A stretch of DNA of 29,158 bases from a virus (taxonomy: Duplodnaviria > Caudoviricetes): positions 1-29,158 of IMG/VR virus record IMGVR_UViG_3300049171_000076; one strand, written 5' to 3'. Position numbers and translations under genes: made by a program. The notes below the pieces were generated by a model. That model was given only the letters and a program-made list of their open reading frames with translations, had not been told where the DNA came from and did no database searches. Below, one piece after another: positions 25,280 to 29,158 of this stretch; position 1 is the first letter of the stretch, and each line of letters begins with the position of its first letter.

Positions 25280-27199
25280 GTGCGACACCCGCCAACGACG
25301 ATCCTCACCGAGAGTCAACTCGCCCGCGTCGTCGACTACTTCTCGCGCTACGACGACATCACCCTCGACGTCGAATCCGTAGGCCCCCATCGCGGAATCC
25401 CGGCCCTGAACGACGTCACCTGGATCTCCCTTGCCACCCACGGAGCCGCCGTCGTCATCCCGATGGACCACCCCATCGGCGACCGCGTGATCGACCACGT
25501 CAAAGTCCCCAAGGTCGGCAAAGACGGCAAGACGCGCCACTACAAGACCCCCGTCTGGGAACCACCTCCCGTACAACTCCGCCGAAACGTGGTCTTCTCC
25601 GCACTCCGGCCACTGCTGTTCTCCAGCCGGCTGAAGAGCGGCCATGGTCTCGCCTTCGATCTCGCGTCGATCGCCAAGTACTACGCCGGCCAGATGCCAC
25701 CGCCGCCATACCACTGCACCCTCACCTCCTCCTGGCTCCTCAACGAAAATCGGCTCAATGGACTCAAGCCCAGGACGAAGGCCGAGTACGGCTTCGACTA
25801 CGACAAGGAAGGCGTCGGCAAGAAGGTCGAATCCTTCCCCTTCTCCACGGTCGCCCTGTACTCACGCCTCGACTCCCAAGCCTCCTGGCTCCTGAAGCGG
25901 CGCCAGGAGAAGCAACTCGCCGAACAAGACCTGCAACGGGTGTGGGACCTGGAGATGGAAGTCCTACAGGTGTGCGCCGAGATGCACCTGGCCGGCGCAC
26001 CCGTCTCCCGAGCCCACTTCGAACGCCTCCGCCAGGAGTTCGGCGAGCAGGGCGAGATCCGTGAGGCCGCCGTCTACAAGGCCGCGGGCAAGGTCTTCAA
26101 CCTCGCCAGCCCTGCGCAGAAAGCCGAGGTGCTGTACTCGCCCAAGCGGGCGGGCGGCCAGGGTCTCAAGCCTGCGAAGAAGACACCGGGCGGCGACCCG
26201 TCCACCGATGCCGAAGCCCTGTCCAAGCACAAGGACAATCCGCTGGCCGCCGCGATCTTGGCCCACCAGGAGACGGCCAAGCTGGTGTCCACCTACGTGG
26301 ACGGCTACCTCGGCACCGCGGACAAGCCTTCCATCATCGTCAATGGCCGCATCCACGGAACCATTCAGCCCTACGGCACCGCCACCGGCCGCTGCAGCTC
26401 CAAGAACCCCAACATGCAGAACATCCCCATCCGCAGCGCCGAGGGCAAGAAGATCCGGCAAGGCTACGTCGCCACCGAGGGACACAGCCTCATCATCGGC
26501 GACCACGGCCAGGTCGAACTGGTTCTCCTCGCGCACTACGCCGGCGACGGCGCTCTCTTCCAGGGCTTCCACGCGGGTATCGACCCACATCGCGTCACCG
26601 CCGCCATGATCCTCGGCATCAGCCCCGACCAGGTCACTCCAGAGCAACGCAACAAGTACGGCAAGACCATCAACTTCTTGATCGGATACGGGGGCGGGGT
26701 ATCCCTGCTGGCGGAGCGGGCGGAGATCGACCGGTCCGAAGCCGCGGACATCTTGCAGGAGCACCGCACCCAGTTCCCCGAGATCTACCGCTACAAGAGC
26801 CGCCTGCTGAAGGCAGCTCGCAGCCGGCCCGACCACCACATCCGCACGCTGTACGGACGTAAGCGCCGCGTACCCGACATCTCCAGCACCGACTCCTACC
26901 TCCGCTCCCGAGCCGAACGTCAACTGATCAACAGCCACATCCAAGGCAGTAACGGCGACCTCAACAAACTCTCCATGGTCCGCACCCGCAGCCTGCTACA
27001 CGAGCACGGCTACGCCGACCGCGCCCGCCTCATCCTCACCGTCCACGACGAAATCGGCGTGGAATCCGAAACCACGATCGCCGAACACGTCGCCGAACTC
27101 GTCCGGGACGCCATGATCGGCCCCGACATGCAGTCCCTCCTCACCGTCCCCCTCACCGCCGACATTCACGTAGTCAAAGATTGGGCCAGCGCCAAATGA
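25280..27199 (+). CDS. Family A DNA polymerase (3'-5' exonuclease + polymerase; no 5'-3' exonuclease)
   Basis: ExoI LDVES, ExoII H...FD, ExoIII Y...D; T.TGR.SS..PN.QNIP; motif A D..Q.EL..LAH; motif B K..NF...YG; motif C VHDE. Confidence 0.95.
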   Translation: MRHPPTTILTESQLARVVDYFSRYDDITLDVESVGPHRGIPALNDVTWISLATHGAAVVIPMDHPIGDRVIDHVKVPKVGKDGKTRHYKTPVWEPPPVQLRRNVVFSALRPLLFSSRLKSGHGLAFDLASIAKYYAGQMPPPPYHCTLTSSWLLNENRLNGLKPRTKAEYGFDYDKEGVGKKVESFPFSTVALYSRLDSQASWLLKRRQEKQLAEQDLQRVWDLEMEVLQVCAEMHLAGAPVSRAHFERLRQEFGEQGEIREAAVYKAAGKVFNLASPAQKAEVLYSPKRAGGQGLKPAKKTPGGDPSTDAEALSKHKDNPLAAAILAHQETAKLVSTYVDGYLGTADKPSIIVNGRIHGTIQPYGTATGRCSSKNPNMQNIPIRSAEGKKIRQGYVATEGHSLIIGDHGQVELVLLAHYAGDGALFQGFHAGIDPHRVTAAMILGISPDQVTPEQRNKYGKTINFLIGYGGGVSLLAERAEIDRSEAADILQEHRTQFPEIYRYKSRLLKAARSRPDHHIRTLYGRKRRVPDISSTDSYLRSRAERQLINSHIQGSNGDLNKLSMVRTRSLLHEHGYADRARLILTVHDEIGVESETTIAEHVAELVRDAMIGPDMQSLLTVPLTADIHVVKDWASAK

Positions 27200-27579
27200 C
27201 CATTGAAGTCCCCAGAAGCACGCTCACCCAAGTCCTCTTCGACCTGTCCCAAGGGGACGACGAATTCGTCCACGACATGATGGACATGTTCGGCCTCCTT
27301 CCACCCAGCGAGGAAGGCATGGAAACCGAACGGAATCTGAGCGACATACGCATGAACTGGGCCTCCCCCTACGCCGCCCACATCGAAATGATCTCCTTCA
27401 TTGCAGCGAAAATCTCCGTCTGTTCTACTCTGGAACAGCCGGAGGATCCAGACCTGGTAATCGAGAGAATCAACGAACTCGCAGCCGTCATGAAGGCCGT
27501 CGTAACAACAGCCTTCGGCGCCATAGCACAAGAAGAATTTCAGCGAGGGCACACACATTGTCGAACGACTTCTGGCTGA
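27196..27579 (+). CDS. Hypothetical protein
   Basis: ATG 27196 overlaps the polymerase stop (ATGA); helical acidic protein. Confidence 0.68.
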   Translation: MTIEVPRSTLTQVLFDLSQGDDEFVHDMMDMFGLLPPSEEGMETERNLSDIRMNWASPYAAHIEMISFIAAKISVCSTLEQPEDPDLVIERINELAAVMKAVVTTAFGAIAQEEFQRGHTHCRTTSG

Positions 27580-27971
27580 AGAAACTCGCCGAAGCATCCG
27601 GCCGCCGGCCACCCGTACCCGCAGCTCATCAGGCAGACACGAACCAGAGCTCGACCCACACCGTGGACTACCGCCCTTGGTGGGACACCACACCCGTACA
27701 ACAGCGGCAGCAGGCCGCCAAACAGCAGCAGACGGTCGAATACCGGCCCTCCCAGGCTGAGAGTGTCAAACACACCGGCCTCTGCCCACACTGCCGCTCA
27801 GCCAATTACATGCCGGTGCAAACTCACCCGGTCGAGGTGTACCGCTGCTTCGACTGCTCCCCCCTACAGAGCATCGCAGCCGTCCAAAACACAGGCGACG
27901 CCGCCCAAGCGACCCGCCAAGTCAGCACAGAAAACAATTACAACCCTGGCGTGATCATCGCCAAGGCCTGA
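27558..27971 (+). CDS. Zinc-ribbon hypothetical protein
   Basis: GAGG RBS and TTG start; CPHC..NY..RCFDC. Confidence 0.7.
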   Translation: MSNDFWLKKLAEASGRRPPVPAAHQADTNQSSTHTVDYRPWWDTTPVQQRQQAAKQQQTVEYRPSQAESVKHTGLCPHCRSANYMPVQTHPVEVYRCFDCSPLQSIAAVQNTGDAAQATRQVSTENNYNPGVIIAKA

Positions 27972-27990
27972 ACATAGCGTGGAGTCTTTT

Positions 27991-29158
27991 GTGACCGAGA
28001 TGTCGGTGTTCGCCGAAACCATTTACCGACAGAAGTACGCCATGCCCGGCGAGAATTGGGCGGACACCGCCAGACGAGTGGCCACCTCGGTCATGGGCCC
28101 CTACCTCCCCGAACTCGTCGACGACGTCACCGAACTCATCACCAGCAGGCGATTCATTCCAGGCGGCAGATACCTCTACGCCTCGGGAAAGCCCTTCCAC
28201 CAGGTCCAAAACTGCCTCCTGCTCGACGTCGAGGACAGCCGCGAAGCCTGGGCCGACCTCATGCGCCGCGTCACCTCAGGCCTCATGACCGGCGCCGGCA
28301 TCGGCACCGTCTACAGCAAGCTCCGCCCGAAGGACGCCCCCGTCAAGGGCATGGGCGGCACCAGCACCGGACCCATGGCACTGATCAACATGGTCAACGA
28401 GACCGGCCGCCACATCAAGCAAGGCGGCAGCCGCAGATCCGCCATCTGGGCCGGCCTGCACTGGGACCACGCCGACGTCTTCGACTTCATTCACAGCAAG
28501 AACTGGTCAGACGACGTCCGCACGCTCAAGGACAGGGACTTCAACTTCCCGGCCACCTTGGACGGAACCAACATCAGCGTGATCCTCGACGACCGATTCT
28601 TCGCGGCCTACCACGACCCCGACCACGAGCTCCACGACCACGCCCAGCTCGTCTACTGGCACACCGTCACCAGCATGCTCACCACCGCCGAACCCGGATT
28701 CTCCGTCGACGTTGGCGAAAACGCCGGCGAGCACCTGCGCAACGCGTGTACCGAGATCACCAGCCGCGACGACAACGACATCTGCAACCTCGGCTCCATC
28801 ACCATGTCCCGCATCACCGACAAGGACGAGTTCGCACGCACCGTCGAACTGGCCACGGCCTTCCTTCTGTGCGGCACCCTCTACAGCCTCGTCCCCTACG
28901 CCGAGGTCGCCGACACCCGCACCAAGAATCGGCGCCTAGGCCTAGGCCTCATGGGCGTCTACGAATGGCTCGCCATGCGCGGCCGGCCGTATGCCCCCGA
29001 CGACGAGCTCGGCCAGTGGCTCGACGTCTATGCCACCTCGACCGACATCGCCGCCCGCTACGCCGACCGCCTCGGCATCTCCCGCCCGATCAAGACCCGA
29101 GCCATGGCCCCCACCGGCACCATCGGCATCCTCGCCGAATGCACCACCAGTTTGGAGC
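27991..29158 (+). CDS. nrdJ: Class II (adenosylcobalamin-dependent) ribonucleotide reductase, 3'-truncated by the window
   Basis: Absent from the ORF track because it has no stop in the window. Hand translation from GTG 27991 (GGAG RBS at 27981): IYRQKY..GE.W, FIPGGRYLY, NC, G.GIG..YS.LRP, QGG.RRSA, NISV, EPG, RNACTE, CNLGS, RRLGLG.MG and APTGT. Class II is inferred from its compact form with no ATP-cone. Confidence 0.9.
   Translation, partial: MTEMSVFAETIYRQKYAMPGENWADTARRVATSVMGPYLPELVDDVTELITSRRFIPGGRYLYASGKPFHQVQNCLLLDVEDSREAWADLMRRVTSGLMTGAGIGTVYSKLRPKDAPVKGMGGTSTGPMALINMVNETGRHIKQGGSRRSAIWAGLHWDHADVFDFIHSKNWSDDVRTLKDRDFNFPATLDGTNISVILDDRFFAAYHDPDHELHDHAQLVYWHTVTSMLTTAEPGFSVDVGENAGEHLRNACTEITSRDDNDICNLGSITMSRITDKDEFARTVELATAFLLCGTLYSLVPYAEVADTRTKNRRLGLGLMGVYEWLAMRGRPYAPDDELGQWLDVYATSTDIAARYADRLGISRPIKTRAMAPTGTIGILAECTTSLE

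Noticed and set aside
28206-28213. Single CCAAAACT inside the RNR gene
   Set aside because: Explained by the conserved Q-N-C codons and has no partner half-site.
25280-29158. Inteins or introns in polymerase, helicases or RNR
   Set aside because: Motifs are contiguous at normal spacing, with no splice motifs or homing endonuclease in the visible parts.
1-29158. CRISPR array
   Set aside because: No regularly spaced repeat-spacer series seen.

Overview
High-GC (actinobacterial-type) phage DNA, most consistent with a contractile-tailed (myovirus-like) actinobacteriophage. 1-14141 (+): late/virion block. It holds the tape-measure-like protein C-terminus with NlpC/P60 and lytic transglycosylase domains, a CIS-type tube initiator, a LysM protein, baseplate hub, a spike with a peptidase-S74 chaperone, gp25 wedge, baseplate J, two paralogous fibre-like proteins, two large wedge/tail proteins, a holin and a small membrane protein. 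A long hairpin closes the block. 14247-15800 (-): a small counter-oriented island with tRNA-Leu(CAA) lacking a long variable arm, a small basic Cys peptide and a SLOG-like protein, behind a sigma70-type promoter and a highly structured leader with a leaderless mini-ORF. 15850-29158 (+): replication block with an HTH replication initiator, RlaP-like nucleotidyltransferase, DnaC-like loader, DnaB helicase, primase, SNF2 helicase, MerR-like HTH, gp32-like SSB, family-A DNA polymerase, Zn-ribbon protein and a class II ribonucleotide reductase that runs off the window and is missing from the ORF track. The most unusual signals are a shared AAAACT-based motif at the divergent promoter, inside the SNF2 gene and upstream of the second replication unit; the structured leader/SLOG/tRNA island; and a perfect 25-bp identity block between the two fibre paralogues. 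All product calls come from motif recognition by eye; no database search was run.
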